Positions 1 to 10,630 of a DNA stretch of 64,000 nucleotides are shown here, in pieces. Numbering within the stretch: position 1 is the first letter of the stretch; every line of letters begins with the position of its first letter. A program made the position numbers and the translations under genes. Source of the DNA: Vicugna vicugna (taxonomy: Eukaryota); NCBI GenBank assembly GCA_013265495.1, contig MU061579.1:6982124-7046123 (forward strand). Reading direction: 5' to 3'. A model generated the notes under the pieces. That model saw only the letters and a list, made by a program, of their open reading frames with translations. It did not search any database and had not been told where the DNA came from.

Positions 1-250
1 AGACCCGCAGAGATGGAGGGGAAACGCGCTGTGGGGTCCCGGGACTGGCTGGCGCTCAGCCCGGTGCTGGTTTCGCGGTGGAGTGTTTAGGATGAGCTCA
101 TCTCTACAGTTGAGCCTTGGGCTAGATCACCCTGTCTAGAACTTGGCCTTCTCAGTCGTGTTTCTGCTTAAGGCTGGGCATCTGGTAGGCGCTAGATGAA
201 AACTTGTTGAGGTATTGCATTCACAAACCCCAGCGGCTGAGCGCTGGGTG
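1..250. promoter_or_regulatory. 3' edge of a CpG island / GC-rich promoter-proximal region
   Basis: Dense CpGs in the first ~90 bp (cccgcag, aacgcgct, cccggg, ggcgctc, ccggtg, ttcgcggt) against a CpG-depleted remainder. Confidence 0.6.
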
Positions 251-1904
251 GTCAATTTCTTGCTCATCGTGGCTTCTCAGTTCTCAGTTCTGAATGTTAA
301 CTTTCATTCCTACTAAGTGAAGAAGTGGGATGCATTTGACTTAGGCTGGATAAAACTGTAGGGAATTGCTCTTTTCTAGAAATATAGATGGCCCCAAGAT
401 GAGTTTATTGGAAACTGAAATAGATATGTGAGATCTGAAACTAACTTGCTGCACCTTAACAAGCCTTGGGTCTGAAAAAGAAGTAAAAGGAAAAAAGAAA
501 GTTAACACTTAGCCATTGGATAGAATCATTTGAAAACCCAAGGCCCTGGTTGCTTGTGAAAAGCATTCAGAGGACCAACAAAAAATAACTTTCTAAAAAG
601 TAGTTTTCCAGTAACTATTTCTGCTGGCAGAAATTTCAGGTAAAGTTCACATTATGACGAGGGGATTGGGGGAAGAATCAAATAGATGACCCACAGTGAT
701 TAGTATTAGGACTACATACTTTTGAGGGAAGGCTTTAATCAGTTTACAACTCACTTTCACAGAACTTAATAATTAAGGAGACTTTTTGGAAGCCGCAGTA
801 CCCTCTTTAAAAACCTTTTTATCTGAAATGTTTAACAGGATTTTTTACTTAAATCTGGATAATGAAAATCATGGAGTTATGCAGCCTGTTTGAGGACCTA
901 AGGAAATCTACCACTTAAGTTTTCAGTGTTGTTTTCAAAATATTGCTAAAATAAAGTCTTTTTAAAGTATTTGAGGGAATTGTTCGAAAATATTCAGTCT
1001 TAAAATTTTTAATTTTCCTGAGCTTAAAAAAAAACCCTTCTGCGAAGTGTTCAAACGTGTAGTAGATGTAAAACGAGGTAAATTACTACATTTCTCTTTA
1101 AACACGTTGCTTTTAAAATAACTGAAAATTCTGTTACCATTAGTAATTACTCTTTAAAATTGTAATTTCTGGGATAAAAATCAATGATAGTTTTTATCAA
1201 GTCAGCTTAATATTGAGTTAATATTCAAGATTAATGCTGTTTTTCTTAAGCCTGTACATGTGATTCTATAGTTTCTCCAGTTTCTTGACGTAAAAACCTT
1301 ACCATGTATTAATCTGAGGAAAGCAAACAAAAGGGAGGAGCAGATCACGCCTTTTAGTCACTGAGCTGGGCAGCTTGTACATTGATCTTAAAGGACCAGA
1401 TTGTGACTCTTACCTGAGAAATTGCAATAGGGGCAGGGCTTCAGATTTTATCCCAACTGGAGAGCCAAGAGTATATTAAATAGAAAAGACTGAGATGGAT
1501 ATTTTTTTAGGGCCTGAACATGAAGCTTTGGAATCTTTGTAAATGCTCCATCAGAGGCAGTACTTTACGGTAAAATCTTTATGTATACAGTTCAGGAAGC
1601 AAGTGGTTGTGTTTTGGTGTGATCCAATATTAGACTGTTGGCCAATACTCAAGAGCCTCTCCACTGTCAAATTAAGACAAAGAACGTTATCTCATGCTTT
1701 CCTTTACAAGTGAAATCTAATTTATGCTCTAAGTAAAAGGCACTCTGTATTGAACTAATCACAGTACTTTAAAGAATCCAGCAAGGATCTCCTTAGATTC
1801 CCTTATAAGGCTTGTATGGAATTTCCCTGCCAGTAAGTAAGATAATACATGTCTTTAGAATGGAAAAATTATTTTCACAGAGACTAGTTCGTTTAGTATT
1901 TTAA

Positions 1905-2065
1905 ATTTGATTTTCATCCTCAAACCCTGTGAGGATGGTGGACAGAGGATGTTCTCGCTATTTTACAAGTGAGAAGACTGAGGCTGCACCACGGTAAGCT
2001 AGTTGCCTGAACTCATATAGCAGAACGAAACCAGCTGGAGCCTTCCGGGTGACTCGAACCATCTC
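1905..2065 (-). mobile_element. MIR SINE fragment
   Basis: MIR core in reverse: attttacaagtgagaagactgaggct...ggtaagctagttgcctgaactcata. Confidence 0.65.
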
Positions 2066-2723
2066 TCTTGGTACTCTTTGGCCCAGCCTAGGTTCATGCC
2101 AGATTTCTCTAAATGTCTTATGCCACATGGCTGAGAAAATCAGCCAGATATAGTAGACAGTGCTGGCCTTAGTCTTGAAGCTTGACGGCCAGCAGAAGCT
2201 GAGCAGAAGGAAGGGAACATGGATGCCCTGACCCACTTCACCCCCACAAGAAGGTAGCTGTAGAAACATTCAAGGAAATTTCAGGGTGTTCTCAACTCTG
2301 ATGGCCACATTCCTATGAAAACGTATAGCTCTGACCAGTCTCCACTGTCTGAAAGACGCAGAGGAACCGTCATGGGGTGTGGGGGCAGTAATTGTCCCAG
2401 ATGCTCTGATGTGGATAGGCCTTGGACTCCAACTAGTCCCACCTCCCACTCAAGGAACAATCCCGTCTGTGGCATCTTTATTAATCCTTGAAAGTTCTCT
2501 AGTCATTTAGCCATGGTCTCTGCCAGAATGGCACTTACACCTCCTTGGAACAGTGGTTCTAAAGCACATATAAAATCCTCCACTGTGATTAGCCTGAATT
2601 GAATTGTCCATGAATATGCAGAGGAGAGGAGCCTGCACAGTTCTCTCCCTATCACTGAATTCCAAAGGGCCCGTAAAGTAATATTCCTCTGCTTCAATTC
2701 TAAACCAGTTGAGAGTAAGGCAC

Positions 2724-4807
2724 CGTCTTAGCTCAGGCTGCTGTAATAAATATCATAGACTGAGTGGCTTCAACAACAGACATTTCTAACAGTTTTGGAG
2801 GCTGGAAAGTCCAAGGTCAAGGTATGGGCAAACTCAGTTCCTGGTCAGGGCCCTCTTCCTGGTTTTCACATGGCCATCTCCCCACTGTCTCCTCACGTGG
2901 CAGAGAGGAAGAGCACTCTGGTCTGTTCTCTTTGTCTTACAAGGACATTAATCTCACACTGGGGACCCCACTTTCATGATCTCATCTAAACCTGATTACC
3001 TCCCAAAGGCCCCACCTCCAAATACGTTCCCATTGAGGGGTAGGGCTTCACCATATGAACTGGGGGTTGGGGGGAGACAAACATGCAATCCATGACATTT
3101 TGCCCCCGACCTCCCAAAATTCACATCCTTCTTGCATGCCAAATACACTCATTCCATCCCAACAGTTGTAAAAGTCATCTTGTTCTAGACTTTAGACTTT
3201 GTTGTTAAGTCTAAAGCCCAAAGTCTCATCTAAATAATATATGAGACTCCAGGTAGGATTCATCCTGAGGCAGAATTCCCCTCCAGCTGCAAATCTGTCA
3301 TGTGATTCCAAAATACAATGAAGAGACAGGCACAGGATTACCTTTCTCATCCCAAAAGGAAGAAATTGGAAGGAAGAAAGGGATGAAGGGTTCTAAGCAA
3401 GTCCAAAACCTAGCAAGGAAAATACCATTGGGTCTTAAGGCTCTAGAATAATCTTTTTTCCTTTGAAGCAGAAGCCTTTAAGCAGAAGCCATCTCCCCTG
3501 TTGAAGCCCAGGTAACTCTCTCCTCAAACTTTGAAGCCAAAAAGGCAGTCCTGATGATCTCTGCATCTCCTGTGGGGCCGTTCTTCCTTGGTCTGGAAAA
3601 GTAATGTGTGTTCACAGGCAGTAGCCCTGTGGTCCGGTCCTAGAGGTCCTAGGAAGTCAGCCAGCCTGCCTTCCTGTCATCCTGTCTCCACCTAACCCCA
3701 GCTCACACCGGCCATGTTTCTGCTGGGTGGTCTGTGGTCCACTCACACCCATACTCATTTCCTTACTGAACAGCTGTGTGACCACACCCTTAGCATTCTT
3801 TTCAGAACAGACCTCCACATTTTTTGCAGTATGGATAGGCTGAAGGTTTTCAAGATCATCAAGTTCTGATTCCTTTTTGCTTAACAATTATTACTTCAAT
3901 TCATCTCTCTCTCATTTTGCTATAAACTGTCAGGAGAAACCCAGCCACTCTCTCAGTACATTCTTAGAAATCTCCTCAGCTAAATAACCAAGTTCACTGG
4001 TTCTAAGTTCTACCTTCCACAAAATACCAGAGCACAGTTCAGCCAAGTTCTTTACCACTTTATAATAATCACTTTTTCTCCATTGTCTAATGACCTCTTC
4101 CTCATATCTGAGATGTTGCCAGACGGCCTTTGCTGTCCATATTCTGATCATGATTATTTATATATTCTCTGAGGGGCTTACTCTCCAGCCCTCTTCTTTT
4201 CTCCCTGAGCTGTCACCAGAGTCACCTTTAACCATCCCTTCATGGCATTCTTGGCTGTTTCTAGCATGCACCTCAAAACTCTTCCAGCCTTGACCCATCA
4301 CCTAGTTCCAAAGTTGTTTCTGTATTTTTAGATGTTTGTTGCAGGAGCACCCCACCTCTTGGTACCAAAATCTGTCTAAATTTCCTAGGGTGGCCATGAC
4401 CAGTTACCACAGATCGGGCTTCCAACAGCAGAACTCTAGAACCTTATGATGGTGGAGTCCAGGGCCTGAAATCAAGGTGTCAGCAGGGCTGTGCCCCCAC
4501 TATCGGCTCTGGGGAAGAACCTTCCTCTGCCTCTTCCTGGTTTCTCACCAGTTTATTTGTCCGTGGGCTTGTGGCTGTATCACTCCAATCTTGGCCTCCG
4601 AAGCCATGTCATCACGTGTAGAGAGAATTCTTGTGTCTCATCGTATAAGGACAGTAATCCCATTGCGGGGTCCCACCTTCATGACCCCATCTAAACCTAA
4701 CTGTCTCCCAAAGGAGAAATTTTCACCCCTCAAATACTATCACATTGAGGGTTAGGGCTTTAACATATGAATTTAGGGGTGGGGACACAACCCTTCAGTC
4801 CATAACA
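2724..4807 (-). mobile_element. MaLR (MLT1A/A0-like) provirus: LTR (2724-3097) - internal region (3098-4372) - LTR (4373-4807)
   Basis: Both ends show MLT1 LTR motifs (gtcttag..ggctgc..; catctaaacct..ctcccaaagg..caaatac..catatgaa..cataaca). The internal end ggtaccaaaatc|tg and a minus-strand purine tract next to the left LTR fit MaLR structure. Minus-strand ORF remnants WRKSDYYKVVKNLAELCSGILWKVELRTSELGYLAEEISK and KKESELDDLENLQPIH resemble the MaLR internal ORF. Confidence 0.88.
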
Positions 4808-4868
4808 TGTAAAATATAAAGCAGAAGACAGACCAAAGTATTGCCTTTATTACTAATGAAAGCTGAAG

Positions 4869-5392
4869 CAGGCCAGTATTCCCTTGTCTTTGACCCTTTG
4901 AGCCAGATGTAATTTCGCAATTCCACAATTTTTTAGATTTGGGGGAAAATGGTGCATATTGTTATTAATAATATCCTATAATCAGGTATGAATATGTTTC
5001 TAAGAAAACACGACTAGGTCAGTGTTGTACAGTAGAACTTTCTCCAGTGCTGGAGGGTCTTTATCTGCATTGTCCTCCATGAAAGCACTAGTTACTAGTT
5101 AGTTACTAGTTAAGGTGTAGAGCTTTTGAAATGTGACTAGTATAACTAAGAATCTGAATTTTTAATATCATTTCATAACAGTTGACTTAAATAGGCTCAT
5201 ACAGCCATTGGCCACTGTGTTGGGCACAGAGCTCTAAGTGGGGTAATAAGGACCAGAGCTTCTTGTCCGTCAAGGTCAGGTTTTGCCGCCAGTGACCCAG
5301 GTCACTTCAGATTTTGATGCCAGATGAATTGGGGGGGGGGAATTGTCTTCAACACTTAAGGGATTTTGTAATTGCAGATAAGGGCTATAGAT
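4869..5392. mobile_element. Old TcMar-Tigger-like DNA transposon remnant hosting a MER3
   Basis: Degenerate inverted ends caggccagtattcccttgtct / agataagggctatagatct; family uncertain. Confidence 0.35.
5020..5230. mobile_element. MER3 (hAT-Charlie MITE)
   Basis: cagtgttgtacagtagaactttctcc...ttgaaatgtgactagt...gaatctgaattttt...ccactgtgttgggcacag follows the MER3 consensus layout. Confidence 0.75.
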
Positions 5393-6309
5393 CTTTATTG
5401 GGGAATGTGGCTTTTAACTTTAGACTAGTGGGTTTCCTGGTACTGAACCTCAAAATTGCACAGACTTACCCTCCAGTCACTCCCAGCAATGGACAAAGCA
5501 CAGACTGCCCCCCCCATCCAGTGAACAGAGTTGACCCCTTTAAGACATGGAGGAGCAGAGAAGAATGACAGGTTTACTTATAAGAGAGAAAGAAGGAGCT
5601 GGGCAGATTTTTGTTCCAAGTGCATCCATCAGATTAAGATGCTTCTCCCCTGAAGAATAAGTGCCGGCCCTGGCCCGGGCTGCTGGTGGATCTCCCTCAG
5701 GGTGTCAAGAGACATCTAGAGTGGAGAAAAAGATACTCTAATGCTTTTTTGGGGGTACATCCCCGCCCCAGAACATGCAGATTTATGCACTCGTCATCTT
5801 TGAGGGTTGTGCACTTTCGTCCACAATACTAATGATCAGATGCTGAGGCCATTCCTACTTAGATTTTGCACTTTACTTGTCTTTGTATCTTCCCTGACTC
5901 TTTTCTCCATTCCTTTGGAGTCTTGGTAAGAAAGCTTATTCTCCAATTGGCAGAAGCCACAGTTGCTGCAGCCAGTGGCCATTTGCTTTAGCTTGTGCCC
6001 CAGACGAGAGACAGATGTGCATCAAGAAATTCATAAGAAATCTATGTGCTAATTTCCAAGCTCCTCGGTTTTTCATTGTTTTTAGGAGTCACTGGGGGAA
6101 AAAGAGTGAAGCATAGCAACACATATATGCTCTTTTGATACTCCAAGAACATTTGTCAAAGTTAAGAGTCTTAAAGGAAAATATAGGAACTGCCATTTTA
6201 CGATAAATGCCCTATGTGCATTTATAATAAATGAGTTCTAAAATTTTAGTGGGTGAATCTTCAAGTCCTTCCACAAACATTATTTAAGCAGCAGAGTATT
6301 ACATCCAAG

Positions 6310-6525
6310 TACAGACTTGAAAGCCAGAGTAGCCAGGTTTGACTTCTCCAGGTCACTATTTAATGCAGTGATTCCTTAAGCACGTTGCTTTATTTCTTTG
6401 TTCAGTTTCATAATCTCTAAGATTGTAGTACCTGCCTCACAGGATTGCTGAGTAGATTAAATAAACTAGTAGATGTAAAGCACTTAGAACATTGCTGGAC
6501 ACTTACTAAACATTGTTTGCTGTTA
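6310..6525 (+). mobile_element. MIR SINE
   Basis: tacctgcctcacaggattgctgagtagattaaataa...tgtaaagcacttagaaca is the MIR 3' region. Confidence 0.8.
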
Positions 6526-7389
6526 CTGTCCTTATTATCTTTATTATTGCTTTCCACTGTGATCCAGACACCGTGCAGGTATGGATATGCAGAGACAAAT
6601 AAGGCCTTTCCTGCCCTCAAGGAATGCTATCTGCAGAGGCATCAGAGCTCAGTAGTAACAACAAAAACCATTCCAGATGCTTCAGGGAACTAAATATTCC
6701 CCCCAAGTCATTGTAAAGATCAGAGGAGTGAAGGTCATGGGCACAACTGGGCATTTAGGTCACATTGCCAAAGCTGTCAGCAGGAAACTGTAGAAGTCAC
6801 TTCCAGGATGACAGCTGCTGCTGGGTACTGGGTAGCTGGCTAGCTTCCACAGGCATGCACATCTGCTGAACCCGCGGAAGGACCTCCCTGGCCCCCCTTG
6901 CCCTCCACATCTTGTGCAGGTGTGTCCCTCTGGTAGAACAAGATTGCATTTGGACCCTGGGCACCAAGGTAAAATGTGAGCAGAGCAATAGAAAGACAAT
7001 TGAGGAGGAGTGAGGGGTTAGGAGGGCTCCCCAGAGGAAGGAGTAGAGCCAGGGCATGGGAACTGTTCTACGTGGTAATTGAATACGAGGCAGAGTGATG
7101 GTGAGCTGTCTGCAGGGAATAGAGTGATAATCTTTACTATTCAACAAAGAGCTTTTATCCTTTTGAATGAAAGTGGGGCTGATGTCTTGAGGTGATGTTA
7201 TCGTTTGTCCCTTGAAAGTGGCTCGTTTAGAATGACGTTTAAAAGAAAGCATGACTTGGACCATATAAGAGGTACACTGTATACAGATAGATTTATTGTT
7301 TAATAAATCTCCTGTGGATCTTTTAAAATTCTCATTACACCACAGCAGTGATGCCATTTGCCATTTTAAAGGGTGTCTGCAAGTTTGTA

Positions 7390-7690
7390 TATTATGTTTC
7401 AGTTATCTGTTGCTGTTTATCGACTCACCCAAAACTCAGTGACTTAAACCAGCAGCCATTTACCAGTTCTCGCTTGTGCGTCTGGCTCTGCCTGCTCCTC
7501 CATGAGAGCTCGTGCTCTCCAGCTTTTTTTCTCATCATTCAGGATTCGTTACAGGGGACTGGCTTCCCCAGAGAAAGGAAATGGAAGCTGCCAGGCCTCT
7601 TCAGGTGCAGAGGTCCCAGGATGTTGTCTGTGTGAACTGTTAAGGTGAGCCTGGAGTCAAAGGGAGGGGAAATAGCCCAAACCCCCAGTT
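7390..7690 (-). mobile_element. Old MLT1 (H/I/J-like) LTR fragment
   Basis: cagttatctgttgctg...cacccaaaactcagtgacttaaac...ggaagctgccaggcctct. Confidence 0.6.
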
Positions 7691-7699
7691 ATGTTGTGC

Positions 7700-7810
7700 A
7701 GTTTCCTTGACTTGCCTTTGTCATAATTACATTAAATGAGATAATACCTGAAAAGTGAGTAATACCTGACACAGAGCAAGTACTCAGCAAGCGTTACTGA
7801 TTAAGAGTTA
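7700..7810 (+). mobile_element. MIR 3' fragment
   Basis: attaaatgagataatac...cctgacacagagcaagtactcagcaa. Confidence 0.6.
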
Positions 7811-8544
7811 TTGTTGTGATGATGATGAGTTGAAACTTGACAGTGACTCTGTAAATTGCACCCATCTAGAACCTCCCAAATTCTAGAGCTGAGGAAAAGA
7901 GACCAAAGAGTTTGCAGATAGGAAATCAAAGTAGCACCTTTTTTGTTGCTAAGGATAATAAGAGAGAATGCTTTTGTGCTTCTGAACGCTCAACACCGGA
8001 ATCATTCAGTCTTCCTCCCACACGCTGGCAGCGGTGGGCCCCCAAGGGGTCACTCTATAAAACACGGGGCCTGGGGCGGGGAGCAGAACCACGCTCTCCA
8101 CAGACAGACAGGGGCGGTTCCCCAGGGGAAGGGGCTGAGCAGGCGGTCTGAGCTTACCTGGCTTACTCTTCCCACATTTTCCCGTCAAATAAGTCACCCT
8201 TTAACTTCCTATCCAAGTTCTAGTAAATAGAGAGTCCAGGAATCTTATGCTAGAGAAGAAACTTCCAGGGAGGGGAAGAAGGGCTTCTCCCCAAACACGA
8301 ATATTCACTTAATTCAGTTTTAACATTTGGACACAGAGGAAGCCTTTAATTACTCATTCAAATTAGATCTCTAGTTTGACATGGCCCATATTGTATCATA
8401 GTGAGATATCTTAACATAAAGAAGAGAAGACAGTGAGCTGTAGGATGTGACATACCGTTTAGAAAGAGCAGCAACTATATGCAAACATCCCTATCAGAAC
8501 ATTTTTATAGCGCTTAGCATGGCCTTGGGAGAAGTCAGCTTATC

Positions 8545-8612
8545 TCTTGAGAAATAATTTGTTTTAAACCACTAAGTTTTGGGGTACATTGATATGCAGC
8601 AATAGACAACTA
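8545..8612 (+). mobile_element. MLT1 LTR 3'-end fragment
   Basis: tgttttaaaccactaagttttggggtacattgatatgcagcaatagacaact is the MLT1 terminal motif. Confidence 0.65.
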
Positions 8613-9949
8613 AAAAGTACAAACTCACAAACACCTTTTAAAACGGCAAATGATGAAATTTCTACAGAATAACAGAACTCATCTACAAAGTAATTGGGTT
8701 TGAGAAAGTAAGCTGACAGTTCTTTTCAACTCAGACTCTTTTAAGAGTCATGATTTAAATAAAAGCAAAACTTGTAGCAGGTGGTTCACAAGAATACATA
8801 GGTGCTGAGTTAGGTACAGTCTGAAAGGAAATGTGGTGATGTCAACTTAGATACCTTTGTATCACTTCTTCAGAGTGTTAGCTTCCATCATATTTTTGCT
8901 ATAATTAAACAGAATTCATTCTACAAATTAAAGCATGTTGGCTATTGTATAATTAGAAGAAGAATTTGTGTGATACTAAGTTAATGAAAGAATAAAAAAC
9001 TGCAGCTTTGGATACAATTCAAAGGGAATGATACCCACTTCCAATGATATACTTCCTTGAAAGCTCATTTTTAATCTAAAATATTTCAAAGACTTTGACA
9101 TGGGTACACTCAAAACAGACAGCAAAGCTCAAATATCAGATGTCTTATTCCAAGAGTGATGACAGAATCTAACTCAGAAATGAAATCACAAAACTTGAAA
9201 GGGTATCCTTCATAATGCTTAATCTAATCTGTTAAGTGTAGTGTCATTCAGAGAGATTCTTGCCACTGAATATATTTCCTTCAGATTTTATTCTATGCAT
9301 CAGCTGCAATATTTATTATAGGCGTTGTATACAACCAAAATCCTAACTGGTTGGTGTGAAGAGTTACGAAGGAAGTAAGAGATATCTTCCACTGCCTTTA
9401 TTTTTTAGACTCATCCATCTCAGGCAGGACCAACACAGCTACCAACAATACAAACACTGGCTGTGAGAGGGATGTTTATGTGCAAAGGCCAATTGGAATA
9501 ATTGGAATCAAACTGTCGTATCTGATATCCAGTCAGACATGAGCTGGTCAAAGTTAGTTAAAAGAGAAAGATCAAGATGTATCAAATCTAAGAAATAGAC
9601 CTCTCTACAATAGTGGAGTGGCCAGCGGGGAAACTGTTCCAGCTGCGGGTGCTGACAACCAGTCTTTCTGCTGAGAACACCGAAAAGAAGACATGAAAAT
9701 AAAAGTTCCCTCTTAAGCCCAGGCTCACTCTATTCAGAAGCCCAAATAATCTATGTAAAGAGTCAATTCTAATAACAATAAAAGGAATACGTGGGGAAAA
9801 TGTAAAAAGATCAGACCTTCCCACCTCTGAGAAGCTACCATTTGTAGATATTAATCTGCAAACTCGTGGGGGTAAGAGCATCATAAAATAGGAATTTCAT
9901 GATTTAATGAAATCACTGCTGAACTAGAAATCTTAAAGTGTGAGACTTT

Positions 9950-10412
9950 TGTCACATGGTCCCCAGTTTTTTTTTGGCACACCACCCACTGACAGGTGGA
10001 ATTGATGAACCTTGAATTTGAACTCTGTTTTTGGCCAATAGGATACAGAAGAAATGGCACAGCACTGGGTTCTGGGCCTGGGCTTTTAGAAATTGGACCC
10101 TTCCTTTTCTGTCTTTTGAATCACTTGTTCTTTGGAACCCAGCCACCCTACTGAGAGACCCCTGGAAGAGAAGCAGCACCACCTTGCCAGTAAGGAGGGG
10201 GAGCTGTCCTGAAAGGAGATCTCCGCCCCTTGCAGAGCCCTCCTAGCTGACCAGTGCCGTAGGGAGCGGACACTCCTTCCCCAGCACACCCTACCCCGGA
10301 TCACAGGTCCAGGAGAAAAAAATGAATGGTGGTGGTGGTTTTAAGCCAATGATTTTTATTTGTTATGCCTTTAAGGCCTTGATGTGGTTTCCCTGCCACA
10401 ATAGATAAATAA
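9950..10412 (+). mobile_element. MLT1 (H/I-like) solo LTR
   Basis: ttggccaataggat..., ttggaacccagccacc..., ggttttaagcca...ttgttatgc[31-bp insert]aatagata. Confidence 0.7.
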
Positions 10413-10449
10413 AGGTAGTAAAATAAAGCAAATGTGCCATAGCATGGAC

Positions 10450-10630
10450 TGGTTAGGTGGAAGGATTCAGGGGGTAGATCTGGGTTTGTGTCAAGATTTG
10501 TTATAATTTTGGGTAAATCGTTTAATTTCCTGAAGTTTCAGTGCCCCTCAAGCTTCTGAAAGTTGGGCATAATAATAACTACCTCACAGGGCTATCTTGA
10601 GAAATAACCTAAAACAATGCCTGAGAAAGA
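10450..10630 (+). mobile_element. MIR SINE
   Basis: ttgggtaaatcgtttaatttcctgaagtttcag...ataataataactacctcacaggg. Confidence 0.7.

Noticed and set aside
3657..4151. MaLR internal ORF as an intact protein
   Set aside because: It is broken into short pieces in different frames, so I used it only as evidence for the provirus.
6797..7357. Longest ORFs in the track (186 aa here, 166 aa at 46731-47231)
   Set aside because: No recognisable protein similarity or coding-like composition; the second spans L1/MIR/L2 debris. Such lengths are expected by chance in six frames of 64 kb.
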